Counted from the stretch's first letter, positions 1 to 9,121 are shown. The stretch: DNA of 64,000 nt from Candidatus Curtissbacteria bacterium RIFCSPLOWO2_02_41_11 (GCA_001775055.1 MFBU01000007.1:1683-65682), one strand, 5' to 3'. The notes: generated by a model from the sequence alone, not told the origin. Made by a program: numbers and translations.

Positions 1-60
1 TTTATGAATTTTAGCCCTTGATACCCGTGGTACCCTTGGCACTTGTGGTACCCTTAAATC

Positions 61-582
61 ATGTATCGCTCCATCGCCATTTCCGGCCCCATTGCTGCCG
101 GATCAACTTCCACCGCCAAGTTGCTTAGCGAAAAACTCAAAATCCCCTATAAAGTTGCTGGCAATTTTTTTAGGGATTATATGCAAAAGCATAACATCCC
201 TTTGCCCGAGAAAGAAAAAGTCCCGGATGAAGTCGAAAGAAAAGTAGATTCAGAACTTTCCGATCTGATTGCCTCCAAAAAACCAATCATCATCGACGGC
301 CTTTACATCGCCTATTTTGCCCGCAATATGCCGCATGTTTTAAAGGTTTTACTAACCTGTGATCAAAAAGTCAGAATCAATCGCGCTCTTACCCGTACTC
401 ATACTCATGTGGAAACAGCAAAGGATGTCAGACGACGCGACCGCGCCCATGACGCCAAATTCCGCAAACTCTACGCCGATGAGGATTTTTTGGACCCGAA
501 GTTTTTTGATCTTGTGATTGACACTACTGATACGAAACCAGAAGAAGTAGTTGAAAAAATTTTGGATAAGTTTAAAAAATAA
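61..582 (+). CDS. P-loop NMP kinase, cytidylate kinase-like (archaeal-type Cmk / AAA_17-like)
   Basis: 173-aa ORF; N-terminal nucleotide-binding stretch 'IAISGPIAAGSTSTAKLL' resembles archaeal-type CMP kinases; size fits small NMP kinases. Confidence 0.45.
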   Translation: MYRSIAISGPIAAGSTSTAKLLSEKLKIPYKVAGNFFRDYMQKHNIPLPEKEKVPDEVERKVDSELSDLIASKKPIIIDGLYIAYFARNMPHVLKVLLTCDQKVRINRALTRTHTHVETAKDVRRRDRAHDAKFRKLYADEDFLDPKFFDLVIDTTDTKPEEVVEKILDKFKK

Positions 583-602
583 CCCCCATGATAAAAAAGA
601 AA

Positions 603-1412
603 TTAAGAAGCAAGTCTTCCTGAAAGTCCAAACTTCGCATTTAGTGCCTTCAAAAAATGACGCTGGTCAAAATAGCCAAACTTCACTCTATAATTACCTT
701 TGTATACTTTAATACTCTGTCCCTCTGTTACTTTCGTATGCTCTTGCCCATCAATAATTAGCGAAACATCATCGCCTTTGTGTACTTTAACCTCAATCTC
801 ACTTTCCGGTGATAATGCCACTGAAGGAATCGGCAGACCAATCGGGTTAATTGGCGTTATCAAAAAACAGTCAACCGCCGGATCAACAATTGCACCACCG
901 CTAGATAGTGAATAGGCTGTTGAGCCGGTTTGGGTGGAAACGATCACTCCATCACCGATAATCTCCAGAAACTTTTGTCCATTAACGTTAATCTCAAGCT
1001 TAATCACCCGATACATACCTTTCACTACCACCTCATTAAGCGCCCGATATCTAGTGCCTAGTGCCTGATGCCTAGTGCCTTGTTCAAGTACGGTCTCCAG
1101 TGTCATTCTTTCCGAAACAACATATTTGCCACTAATTAACTTATCAATCGCCTCTTGCCAATCGTCAATCTCCGCCGCCGTCAAAAAACCCAATGTCCCC
1201 ACATTAATACCAACGAACGGAACCTCCAATCCCACATTCTCGCAAGCCGCATGCAGAAGTGTCCCATCACCACCAAGAGTCAATATCAAATCAGACTTGG
1301 TCAAACCTTTATCTGACACATCATGGCCTTTTGACTTAAGATAATTTGTGATCTTATCAGCCAATCTTTCAGCTTGAGAATTTTCCTTCGCAACCACAAT
1401 CCCGAATTTCAT
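603..1412 (-). CDS. nadK: NAD+ kinase
   Basis: 269 aa; 'GGDGTLL' and 'NVGTLGFL' NAD-kinase signatures; convergent with upstream gene. Confidence 0.85.
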   Translation of the reverse strand: MKFGIVVAKENSQAERLADKITNYLKSKGHDVSDKGLTKSDLILTLGGDGTLLHAACENVGLEVPFVGINVGTLGFLTAAEIDDWQEAIDKLISGKYVVSERMTLETVLEQGTRHQALGTRYRALNEVVVKGMYRVIKLEINVNGQKFLEIIGDGVIVSTQTGSTAYSLSSGGAIVDPAVDCFLITPINPIGLPIPSVALSPESEIEVKVHKGDDVSLIIDGQEHTKVTEGQSIKVYKGNYRVKFGYFDQRHFLKALNAKFGLSGRLAS

Positions 1413-1454
1413 AAGTCCCTCCTATATGATAAAATTAGCTTCGATATCAAGACT

Positions 1455-1526
1455 GGGTCCATAGCTCAACGGCAGAGCACCACTCTTATAAAGTGGCGGT
1501 TCTTGGTTCGAATCCAAGTGGACCCA
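1455..1526 (+). tRNA. tRNA, anticodon UAU (reads AUA; Ile2-type) - identity from hand-folded cloverleaf
   Basis: 72-nt cloverleaf. Acceptor GGGTCCA/TGGACCC, D-stem GCTC/GAGC, anticodon stem CCACT/AGTGG with loop CTTATAA, T-stem CTTGG/CCAAG with GTTCGAATC loop. CCA not encoded. Confidence 0.8.
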
Positions 1527-1563
1527 CAAGTGACCAAATATTAGCACAATTTTGAAGGAAATT

Positions 1564-1590
1564 ATATCAGCCTCGCTTCGCTCCCCTATG
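1564..1590. repeat. partial copy of dispersed repeat ('tatatcagcctcgcttcgctcccc'), related to family-A TIR and the 'cgcttcgctt' elements
   Basis: shares 'tatatcag' terminus with the 4 family-A copies and 'cttcgcttcgct' with inserts in tkt and tsaD. Confidence 0.4.
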
Positions 1591-1609
1591 TAATTCTCAC
1601 GGGCTCGAA

Positions 1610-3973
1610 TTATAATCGCGCTCGGTGCACAATTTCCGCATCGACTACATTGACATCACGGCCGTAGCGAAGGCGTGAGAGTTGCTTGATCATCTCAGCA
1701 ATTCGCGGATCGCGCTCAATCTTAGCTAAATCGCGGGTTGTGTCCAGAGAAAACGGTTGCACCGGCTCATTGCGCACAATCGTCTTCACATAAGCCTGAA
1801 ACCTTTCGATATTGATTAAATCCGTTTCATTAAAAACCGGCGTAAACTCATGCTGCAGATAATTGGCATCGGTCACCCCAACTCTAAAATTAACCAAAGT
1901 TCCAACATTGCCAAAAACCGCATTTTTAACATCTTCCTCAATTTGGCCGATAAATTGGTTGGCAACAATTAGATTAAGCCTGAATTTTCTGGCCTCTGCC
2001 AAAATATCGGCGAAAGTTTCAGTGGCAAAATTCTGAAATTCGTCAACATAGAGGAAAAAGTCAGGCCGCTGCTCCTCCGGAACATCTTGTCGACTCATTG
2101 CGGCAACCAGAATTTTTGGCACCAGAACCAACCCTAAAAAGTTGGAATTTTCCTCGCCGACCCGACCCTTGGAAAGATTAACAATTAAAATCTTTTTATT
2201 GTCCATAATATCCCGCAAATTAAAGGCGGACTTTGACTGTCCAATAATATTTCTCATCATCCTGTTGGTCACAAATCTGCCGAATTTGGAAACGATGTAG
2301 TCCAAAACCTCACTTTTGTGAAAATCGGCCGTTTGGGCAATTTGATCTGTCCAATAGCGCCGCACCACCGGATCGGAAACTTTAGGCAACAGCTCCTGCA
2401 CAAAACGCGCATCGGTTAAAACCCGCACAACCTCAACGAAAGTGTTGCCGGGCTCACTCATCACCGTTAACATGGCGTTTCTGATGGCATGCTCAAAGCG
2501 CGGACCGATAATGCCGGTTTTGTGAGGGTCATAAAGTTTGTACATGAGTCCCACTATATAGGTTGCCACAAAATGCTTTTCCTGCTCAGTCTGGGCTTCT
2601 AACATATTCATGCCAAGCGGCCTCTCGCTATCAGCCGGATTAAAGTAAATAACATCTTCTGCCCGCTCCGGCGGAATTTGAGTTAAAATATCTTCCGCCG
2701 CATCGCCGTGGGGGTCAATAAAAGCCACTCCATGACCTGCAAGAATATCCTGCATCACCATGTATTTTAAAAGCTCGGTCTTGCCGGTACCGGTTTTGCC
2801 GACAATATAAACGTGGCGTCTGCGATCATCTTCACTAATATGGACTTCTTTAGTGCTCCCCCGATAAACGCTTTTTCCCAGATGAAGGCCGGAAGATGGA
2901 ATTTGCGCCGGTGCCGGAGCCCGTTTGGCATTAACCCAGAAAATTCCCGGAGTTTCCACCGTTTTATTGGGCAGGTGAAAAATACTGGCTAATTCCTCAC
3001 TATTTAAAACGCCGAAATTACCAAAAATAGGCATATAGCGGTAAACAAAATCTATTAAAAACTGTTTTTTGAAGCGGATATTGGCACCGGTAAACCCGTT
3101 GTACTCGCTAGTAAACTGGGCAAATGTCGACTTAATATTCTCAAGATGAATCTTGGCATCCTCATCGGTTTTGGCAGAAACAATAATTCTTACAACCACA
3201 TTAAAACCGACTTTGGCAACCTTATTTTCAATCGCCTCCATTTTCTTTGGATCAGGCGGTGTACGCTCCTCGGTCTTTGTCGAAAGTTCGGCTTGTTTAG
3301 TCTTGGTAACAAAGCGCTTGCCGGATGCCCTCCATTTGGCATCGGCCGGCGATGCCAAAATTTGAACAGCCGCTCCTTCCCCAGGCTGCATTTTGGCTAG
3401 TGCCGAAGTAATTTGACTTAAAGGGTCTGTACCTAGTTCCTTATAAGTTTTGACAGGATAATATTTGGCCTTATTAAGTTTTAAGGCCGCAAAAGCCAAC
3501 TTGCCTTCTTCGGAAAAAATATTATATTCTTCAACTTCCCGAACATCGGCCCCGGGATAAGCACCATGTATTTGTTTTTCGACTAAATCCTGCAGATTTT
3601 TGGGGCAGGAAATATAAAATTTAATTTCCTCAGGTAAAGCGACAATTTCAAATGAAAAATGGTCTTGAGGCCTAAGAAACGAAAGGGTTCCGCTTTTGTA
3701 AACTGAATATAAGGAAGAAAACATCTGCTCGGCCGCGTCAATCTTAATTTCGTTATCTCGTGGTACGGCAACTGAAAGCAAAACAAATTCCAGCGATCTC
3801 TCTTCCCTGTTTTTATTGCGCATCCATAGAAGCCAAATGTAACCGACAATAAGTGTCAAAATACCCAAAACCAAAAGAACCAGTGCCAAAAATCCCAGCG
3901 TCGAAAGTACCAGTTGAAAACCGGAAAGAGCATCAATTTGTCCGACCGTTTTTGAAGTTTCTTCAATCGGCAT
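1610..3973 (-). CDS. membrane-anchored VirD4/TraD/TraG-like coupling-type ATPase (DUF87/HerA-FtsK superfamily)
   Basis: 787 aa; N-terminal TM helices; Walker A 'VYIVGKTGTGKTELL', 'AFIDPHGD', Walker B-like 'FFLYVDEFQNF' typical of T4SS coupling proteins / HerA-like ATPases. Confidence 0.5.
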   Translation of the reverse strand: MPIEETSKTVGQIDALSGFQLVLSTLGFLALVLLVLGILTLIVGYIWLLWMRNKNREERSLEFVLLSVAVPRDNEIKIDAAEQMFSSLYSVYKSGTLSFLRPQDHFSFEIVALPEEIKFYISCPKNLQDLVEKQIHGAYPGADVREVEEYNIFSEEGKLAFAALKLNKAKYYPVKTYKELGTDPLSQITSALAKMQPGEGAAVQILASPADAKWRASGKRFVTKTKQAELSTKTEERTPPDPKKMEAIENKVAKVGFNVVVRIIVSAKTDEDAKIHLENIKSTFAQFTSEYNGFTGANIRFKKQFLIDFVYRYMPIFGNFGVLNSEELASIFHLPNKTVETPGIFWVNAKRAPAPAQIPSSGLHLGKSVYRGSTKEVHISEDDRRRHVYIVGKTGTGKTELLKYMVMQDILAGHGVAFIDPHGDAAEDILTQIPPERAEDVIYFNPADSERPLGMNMLEAQTEQEKHFVATYIVGLMYKLYDPHKTGIIGPRFEHAIRNAMLTVMSEPGNTFVEVVRVLTDARFVQELLPKVSDPVVRRYWTDQIAQTADFHKSEVLDYIVSKFGRFVTNRMMRNIIGQSKSAFNLRDIMDNKKILIVNLSKGRVGEENSNFLGLVLVPKILVAAMSRQDVPEEQRPDFFLYVDEFQNFATETFADILAEARKFRLNLIVANQFIGQIEEDVKNAVFGNVGTLVNFRVGVTDANYLQHEFTPVFNETDLINIERFQAYVKTIVRNEPVQPFSLDTTRDLAKIERDPRIAEMIKQLSRLRYGRDVNVVDAEIVHRARL

Positions 3974-3974
3974 A

Positions 3975-4008
3975 ATTTTAGTAACTAGTTACTAGTGGCT
4001 AGTTGCTA
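3975..4008. repeat. cluster of ACTAGT-containing short repeats ('gtaactagttactagtggctagttgctagtcaact')
   Basis: seen in sequence; similar 'actagtttttactagt' at 12420-12434. Confidence 0.4.
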
Positions 4009-4524
4009 GTCAACTCCTTTCTTAAATATCACTTTCATCGCATGCTTATGTGTCATTTTAATCAGTCTGCCAACCCAAGTGGCCAAGGCAAAAAAACTCG
4101 ATGTACCAACAACTACTTTATTGACGATAGTTCCCGCAACTTTTTGATGTAACCCTTTTTTATATTCATCTTCTGAAATTGGTAAGTTAATTGTGGTACC
4201 GCTTCTGACAACTTCATCAGCCTGCTCTTGAGGAACTTTTACCCCACTGTCTGCAACATCAGGGGCCAGTTTTGGCTCAGGCCTGGCAAGCCTTGCCTCT
4301 GATATTGCACTTTGAATTGCCTTTTCCGCCTGTTCGTCTGCTGCCTCGCTGGTTCTAATAACTTCTGAGAGGATTTTCCCCTCTTCGGCTTTAGTTTCCT
4401 GCGATGTTGGCTCCTGCTCTTTTGCCTTGACAGCACCCATCTTATCATCCGGCGGTTGTACCGGTTGGGCGGCAGTTGAGTCACCATCAGCCTGGCTCTT
4501 TAAATCTGTGGCAGTATCGGACAT
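4006..4524 (-). CDS. hypothetical acidic low-complexity protein with C-terminal hydrophobic segment
   Basis: 172-aa ORF directly upstream of the VirD4-like ATPase on same strand; no recognisable domain. Confidence 0.35.
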   Translation of the reverse strand: MSDTATDLKSQADGDSTAAQPVQPPDDKMGAVKAKEQEPTSQETKAEEGKILSEVIRTSEAADEQAEKAIQSAISEARLARPEPKLAPDVADSGVKVPQEQADEVVRSGTTINLPISEDEYKKGLHQKVAGTIVNKVVVGTSSFFALATWVGRLIKMTHKHAMKVIFKKGVD

Positions 4525-4554
4525 TGAAGTAATTATATCAAGAGCGGAGCGAAT

Positions 4555-4650
4555 GATACATCAGAGGAGCGCACTGAGTTTATCGCACTTCGACATTGCT
4601 CAGTGCGACTCTGAGCTAATCGAAGAGTCGAAGGGCGATCTGCTGATATA
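4555..4650. repeat. family-A MITE-like repeat, copy 1 (TIR 'atacatcagaggagcgc' ... 'ggcgatctgctgatata')
   Basis: terminal inverted repeats shared with copies at 9623-9686, 37171-37256, 46578-46636; internal hairpin 'gcactgag..ctcagtgc'. Confidence 0.7.
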
Positions 4651-4781
4651 AAATCAGTAAGATTTTGAGCTTTGCGAGAAAACTAAAATATATCAGAAGA
4701 AACTTAATATATCGAGGTAACTTCGGATAGTTAAAATAATTCCCAAATTTACTCAGCTTAATTTCAATGTAAAAAAATCTT

Positions 4782-5105
4782 TTAACGGATAAAAAAATAT
4801 GACAGAAACCCCGGCGCTAACATAATCATAAAAAAGACTGCTATTAGAAGCAATGTTAAACCAATTCCAATAAATAGTTTTTTAAAACCTTCTCTCCGAT
4901 TTTCACTTGTGTCGGGAGTTCGAAAGAAAAATGAATATATCCAGAAGATAATAAAGAAAACAAGTGTTAATATCGGAGAGAAAATTATAAAACGCAAACT
5001 GCAGAGTGAATCACTAGGTTCTCCGAAACAATTCAACCATGCAACTATGGAACCAATTATAAAACCTAGAACAACTGATATTATCGCATTGAAAAAAATA
5101 TTCAT
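4782..5105 (-). CDS. hypothetical small membrane protein
   Basis: 107 aa, 3 predicted TM helices. Confidence 0.3.
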   Translation of the reverse strand: MNIFFNAIISVVLGFIIGSIVAWLNCFGEPSDSLCSLRFIIFSPILTLVFFIIFWIYSFFFRTPDTSENRREGFKKLFIGIGLTLLLIAVFFMIMLAPGFLSYFFIR

Positions 5106-5149
5106 TTTATTAAATTTATCCTATATTATAGTCACAACACTATCGGAGT

Positions 5150-5890
5150 CTAACGAGCTCTAGCACTTTTTCTCAAAAACAAAAAGTCGTAAATTAAGCC
5201 AAAAATACTGCCGGTTGCCGGACCGATTATCCAAACAGCAAGATTGCTGTAAGATTGCGAAATAATCAAAGGCCCGAAAGCCCTTGCCGGATTAAGAGCT
5301 GCTCCAGTTAAAGAACCTGCAAAAATTGCAGAAACTGTCAGCACCAGACCAACAACCAAAGGACCAAAGCTAACCGCTCCTCGCTTATCAACCATTGTGG
5401 CAAAAACTGCCAATACTAAAATTGCCGTTAGTATTGCTTCAATAACTACCGCTATTTTTATACTCACTCCCGCCCCGATCACTGGTCCCCCCAGCGAAAA
5501 CTGGCGAGCATCAGGCCCGAATATCCAAAGCAATACCCCAGCGGCAGCCAAACTTGCCAAAAGCTGGGCTATTATATAAAAACTAGCTACTCCCCCATTG
5601 ATTTTTTGCGAAAACCATATAGCCAAAGTTACTGCCGGGTTTAAATGGCCGCCTGATAAATGAACAACGGCATAAATCATTGAAGTTAGCGCCAGTCCTG
5701 TCGCCAATGCCACTCCAACACCACCTATATCATTAAAGAAAATATTGGTAAGTGTTGCACCGGAAGCTATAAAAACGAAAACAAAGGTGCCTAAAAATTC
5801 TGCCAAATATGCCCGCCAAGGCGTAAACCAAGATTTCAAAAGAGATTTAACCATAATCAGATTAGAACACTCACCAGTAACAGTTGTCAA
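5150..5890 (-). CDS. aquaporin / MIP family channel (AqpZ/GlpF-like)
   Basis: two NPA motifs ('SGGHLNPAVT', 'GAALNPARAFGP'), 6-TM architecture; true start probably at the internal Met ~5854. Confidence 0.85.
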   Translation of the reverse strand: MTTVTGECSNLIMVKSLLKSWFTPWRAYLAEFLGTFVFVFIASGATLTNIFFNDIGGVGVALATGLALTSMIYAVVHLSGGHLNPAVTLAIWFSQKINGGVASFYIIAQLLASLAAAGVLLWIFGPDARQFSLGGPVIGAGVSIKIAVVIEAILTAILVLAVFATMVDKRGAVSFGPLVVGLVLTVSAIFAGSLTGAALNPARAFGPLIISQSYSNLAVWIIGPATGSIFGLIYDFLFLRKSARAR

Positions 5891-5908
5891 TGCTGATACA
5901 ATATTCTT

Positions 5909-6565
5909 ATGAAACTCTTCATCGACAGCGCCAATCCAGAAGAAGTTAAAAAGATGGCCGAACTTGGCATCATTGATGGGGTAACTACTAACCCTAGCTT
6001 AGCCACCAAAGCGGGGATTGACTATCGGAAGGCAGTTGACCAGATCTTGGCCACTGTCGATGGCAATGTCAGTCTGGAAGTTTTATCAACAGATGCCCAA
6101 GGTATGATGGGTGAAGCCAGAAACCTTTCTAAACTTCATAACAATGTGGTTGTTAAGTTACCAACTACTCCAGAAGGTCTTAAAGCCCTCAAAATTCTAA
6201 AAGCTGAAAAAATCAGGGTTAATATGACCTTGGTTTTCTCTGCCAACCAAGCACTTCTGGTTGCTAAACTCGGCGCCTATATTGTTTCTCCCTTTGCCGG
6301 CAGACTTGATGACATTGGCGCATCAGCCATTGATGTGATTTCCGAAATCCGCCAAATTTACGATAACTTCGCCTTTGAAACCCAGATTCTTTTTGCCTCG
6401 GTAAGATCGCCCCTTCATGTTAAACAGGCGGCACTTGCTGGTTGCGATATTGCAACCTGCCCGTATGAAGTTCTGGAAAAATTGGTTCATCATCCCTTAA
6501 CTGATGTTGGCCTCAAAAAATTTTTGAGTGATTTTAAAGAAAGCGGCCAAAAACCGCTAGTCTGA
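5909..6565 (+). CDS. tal: transaldolase / fructose-6-phosphate aldolase (short Tal/FSA subfamily)
   Basis: 218 aa; 'MKLFIDSANPEEV...DGVTTNPSL' signature, Schiff-base lysine region 'VVVKLP'. Confidence 0.85.
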   Translation: MKLFIDSANPEEVKKMAELGIIDGVTTNPSLATKAGIDYRKAVDQILATVDGNVSLEVLSTDAQGMMGEARNLSKLHNNVVVKLPTTPEGLKALKILKAEKIRVNMTLVFSANQALLVAKLGAYIVSPFAGRLDDIGASAIDVISEIRQIYDNFAFETQILFASVRSPLHVKQAALAGCDIATCPYEVLEKLVHHPLTDVGLKKFLSDFKESGQKPLV

Positions 6566-6610
6566 GTTAATTGTCAAATGTTAAATGTCAATTGTTAACT
6601 CGAAGTATTT

Positions 6611-6670
6611 TCCGGTCCGCGGTTGCGTTAGCCCCGCCATTTAAGAAATTTTGTTAAATCACCAACAAAA
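6611..6670. repeat. family-D repeat (left arm): 'ccggtccgcggttgcgttagccccgccatttaagaaattttgttaaa'
   Basis: inverted relative to copy at 7771-7821 (shared 'tttaacaaaattt', 'taacgcaa', 'ccgcgg'); the two arms flank genes 6698-7670. Confidence 0.5.
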
Positions 6671-6697
6671 TTTTTTAAATGAGGAGCGCAGGAATCG

Positions 6698-7252
6698 TTA
6701 GTCGGCCGTTTTCTCTGGTCCACGATTCCTATAGGTTTTGATAAAGGCTTCGATTTTATCGTAATCCGGCTGATCCATCGCCAATACCCTTCCCCAGGCA
6801 ACTAAGGCAATTTTGCTGTCATTTTGTTCTCTTGGCTCAAGCACCACTTTCCAGCTGTCTTTTCCGATAATTTCTTTTAATTTATTTTTAACTTCATCGA
6901 CAGTATCAGGTTTGTATGATATCCAGATGTGCCCATGCTCAAGATTATGGATTAACTGCTCATCAGGTAATTGCTGATCATAAACACCATTTCTGGCAGC
7001 GGCAGGCCAATGCGGACCGGAAGACGGCGGATTGGAATTATAACCGGAACCGGCAGTTCCTTGTGTAAGATGATCTCTACCAACGATACTATAATCAACC
7101 GTCCCTTCAACCGGCTTGGAAACGCCAGCGGCCTCGCCCAAAACTTGATTTTCGGGTACAGTCTGACTTTTGGATAAAAACCAAACGCCGGCTCCCACCA
7201 AAACAAAAGTCGGCAGCAAAAACCAGACTAAAAGCGGAATCCTTCGCAACAT
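6698..7252 (-). CDS. hypothetical membrane-anchored secreted protein (possibly DUF3105-like)
   Basis: 184 aa, N-terminal TM/signal anchor, 'HNLEHGHIWISYKPD' motif. Confidence 0.35.
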   Translation of the reverse strand: MLRRIPLLVWFLLPTFVLVGAGVWFLSKSQTVPENQVLGEAAGVSKPVEGTVDYSIVGRDHLTQGTAGSGYNSNPPSSGPHWPAAARNGVYDQQLPDEQLIHNLEHGHIWISYKPDTVDEVKNKLKEIIGKDSWKVVLEPREQNDSKIALVAWGRVLAMDQPDYDKIEAFIKTYRNRGPEKTAD

Positions 7253-7259
7253 AGAACGG

Positions 7260-7670
7260 TTATTCTACTACAATCTGCCCAGTTTGAGAAGCATTAAGGT
7301 GATTGTGATATTTATATGTTCCGGCTTTGGTAAAAGTAACCGATGTTGACTCGCCCAGTGCAATTACCCCAATATTAAGCTCAGGAAAAAGCTCATGGGT
7401 CGGATGGACAGCCGAATTAACCTGAACATTGCTATCGGAACTATTCTTAAATTCAACTGATTGACCCACTTTAACAGTCACTTGTGCCGGTGAGAATCCA
7501 CTGGCCGTATAGGAAATAACACCCGAAGCTGTCAATGGAGCTTGCTCCCCGCTTGTTTGTTGATTCTGATTATTCTTGCTAGATGGTGTTTTATAAAGAT
7601 TGCACGCCGAAAGAATCAAAGCCGAAGATGCAACTACTCCAATTGCAATTATCTTTTTCAAATTAATCAT
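7260..7670 (-). CDS. lipoprotein with cupredoxin-like domain
   Basis: 136 aa; lipobox 'LILSAC'; C-terminal 'GTYKYHNH...GQIVVE' cupredoxin-like beta-sandwich pattern (no canonical Cys copper ligand). Confidence 0.4.
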   Translation of the reverse strand: MINLKKIIAIGVVASSALILSACNLYKTPSSKNNQNQQTSGEQAPLTASGVISYTASGFSPAQVTVKVGQSVEFKNSSDSNVQVNSAVHPTHELFPELNIGVIALGESTSVTFTKAGTYKYHNHLNASQTGQIVVE

Positions 7671-7770
7671 TTCTTCCTAAATCACCTCCCTTGCCCTCCC
7701 GACTTGTCCGCCAAAACTTTAGTGTCGGCGGAAGCTTTATGCGAAGGAGGGTTTTTCCATAACCAATCAC

Positions 7771-7821
7771 TTTAACAAAATTTAAAAGGGTAACGCAAGG
7801 GTTTTTAAACACGGCCCGCGG
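7771..7821. repeat. family-D repeat (right arm)
   Basis: see 6611-6670; adjacent 7728-7760 also carries the 'gaagctttatgcgaagga' 18-mer shared with 44199-44216. Confidence 0.5.
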
Positions 7822-8689
7822 ATCCAAATACCTCAATTTTCGCCTCAACCACTGCCGCCACCGCCAAAATTACATCCGGCACAAGCTTATACATTGCGTA
7901 TTCATCAGGATTCTCAGCCATTTTCTCACTCAAAGCATCTTTATATTCCTGCCGCAGTTCCGTATTGACATTAATTTTGACAATTTTGCCAACCTCAATC
8001 GCGCGCCTGACTTGATCAGCCGATATCCCAGATCCGCCATGCAGCGAAAGAAAAGTATTAGGCAGTGACTTGCGAATTCTTGCCAAAAGGTCAAGATCTA
8101 AATCCGGTTGAGTTGGGAAAACTCCATGGACATTGCCAAAAACCGCAGCCATTATATCGACACCGGTTTGAGATACAAACCGCGCAGCCTTCAGCGGATC
8201 AGTATATGATTTATGAAGTGCCTCAAAATCAATCTCCTCATTATGAACCACACTTGAACCGGCAATTTTGTCAATCTCTCCTTCGACAAGAACCTGCCTG
8301 CCGGCAGGCAGGGCCTTTGCATGCGCCGCTTCAATTACTTTTTTGCAACCACTGATGTTCTCTGAAAACTCAAGTTCTGAACCATCAAAGTGGATTAGGT
8401 CGAAACTTGACTGATCAATTGCTTGCATACAATCTTCAACCTTTTTTGCATGGTCCAGATTTAAAAGAATCGGAATGCCGTATTCCTCTCTCGCGTTGAC
8501 TACCAGACTGACAATATTTTTTAATCCAAAATATTCCACCTCACCTGACGAAAATTCCACCATCACCGGCGATTTTTTGCGCTGAGCCGCCACACAAATC
8601 GCCTTAAAAATATCTAAATTATCCGCATTAAACGCCCCGATAGCAAAACCATCTTGTTGAGCTTTCTCAAACCATTCTCTTACAGTCAT
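7805..8689 (-). CDS. fba: class II fructose-bisphosphate aldolase
   Basis: 294 aa; 'FAIGAFNADNLD' N-terminus and 'HGGSG' zinc-site region typical of class II ketose-bisphosphate aldolases; carries palindrome 'cctgcctgccggcaggcagg' in-frame ('LPAGRQ'). Confidence 0.85.
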   Translation of the reverse strand: MTVREWFEKAQQDGFAIGAFNADNLDIFKAICVAAQRKKSPVMVEFSSGEVEYFGLKNIVSLVVNAREEYGIPILLNLDHAKKVEDCMQAIDQSSFDLIHFDGSELEFSENISGCKKVIEAAHAKALPAGRQVLVEGEIDKIAGSSVVHNEEIDFEALHKSYTDPLKAARFVSQTGVDIMAAVFGNVHGVFPTQPDLDLDLLARIRKSLPNTFLSLHGGSGISADQVRRAIEVGKIVKINVNTELRQEYKDALSEKMAENPDEYAMYKLVPDVILAVAAVVEAKIEVFGSAGRV

Positions 8690-9105
8690 ATCTTAGCCTT
8701 CCTCTCCCTTGCCTCCGAATAAATCTTCAAACCCCAAAAGCCGTTTATCGCTGCCATTAAAAGGTAGGGAATCCAGAAAACTGATTTTAAAGTCGTCGCT
8801 GTTCCTCCCAATTCAAAACCCTCCAGTACAAAAATCAAAATCATTGCAAATTCAAAAATCGAAATCAAAGTTACCAGTACTGTTGCGCGCATAGTCCTCA
8901 CCAGCCATAAAAAGGCAGCCGGTCCAAACATCAAAATTCCCAAAACCATCCCGTTTAAAACTTCCCGACTGATAACAAAATCCCAAAGATTAAGAAAAAT
9001 AATGATAAAAAGCAAATTAATCTTTACCAGATTTTTCTCAAACTTACCCTCAATTTTGAGATATTCAATTACTTTCATAGCCAAAACCAGCACATTTTTT
9101 GACAT
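8686..9105 (-). CDS. hypothetical multi-TM membrane protein
   Basis: ORF extends to 9327 but that overlaps rpiB by 200 bp; start most plausibly at an internal Met (~9105-9132). Confidence 0.3.
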   Translation of the reverse strand: MSKNVLVLAMKVIEYLKIEGKFEKNLVKINLLFIIIFLNLWDFVISREVLNGMVLGILMFGPAAFLWLVRTMRATVLVTLISIFEFAMILIFVLEGFELGGTATTLKSVFWIPYLLMAAINGFWGLKIYSEARERKAKI

Positions 9106-9121
9106 GTCATTTTTTTTGATG

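Noticed and set aside
700-1344. Plus-strand ORFs 700-915 and 1075-1344 inside nadK, and the similar small internal ORFs listed by the track inside sufS, sufB, tkt, pyrG, tsaD and valS
   Set aside because: They lie antisense to or nested within strongly supported conserved genes. They have no RBS or promoter context and their products are low-complexity.
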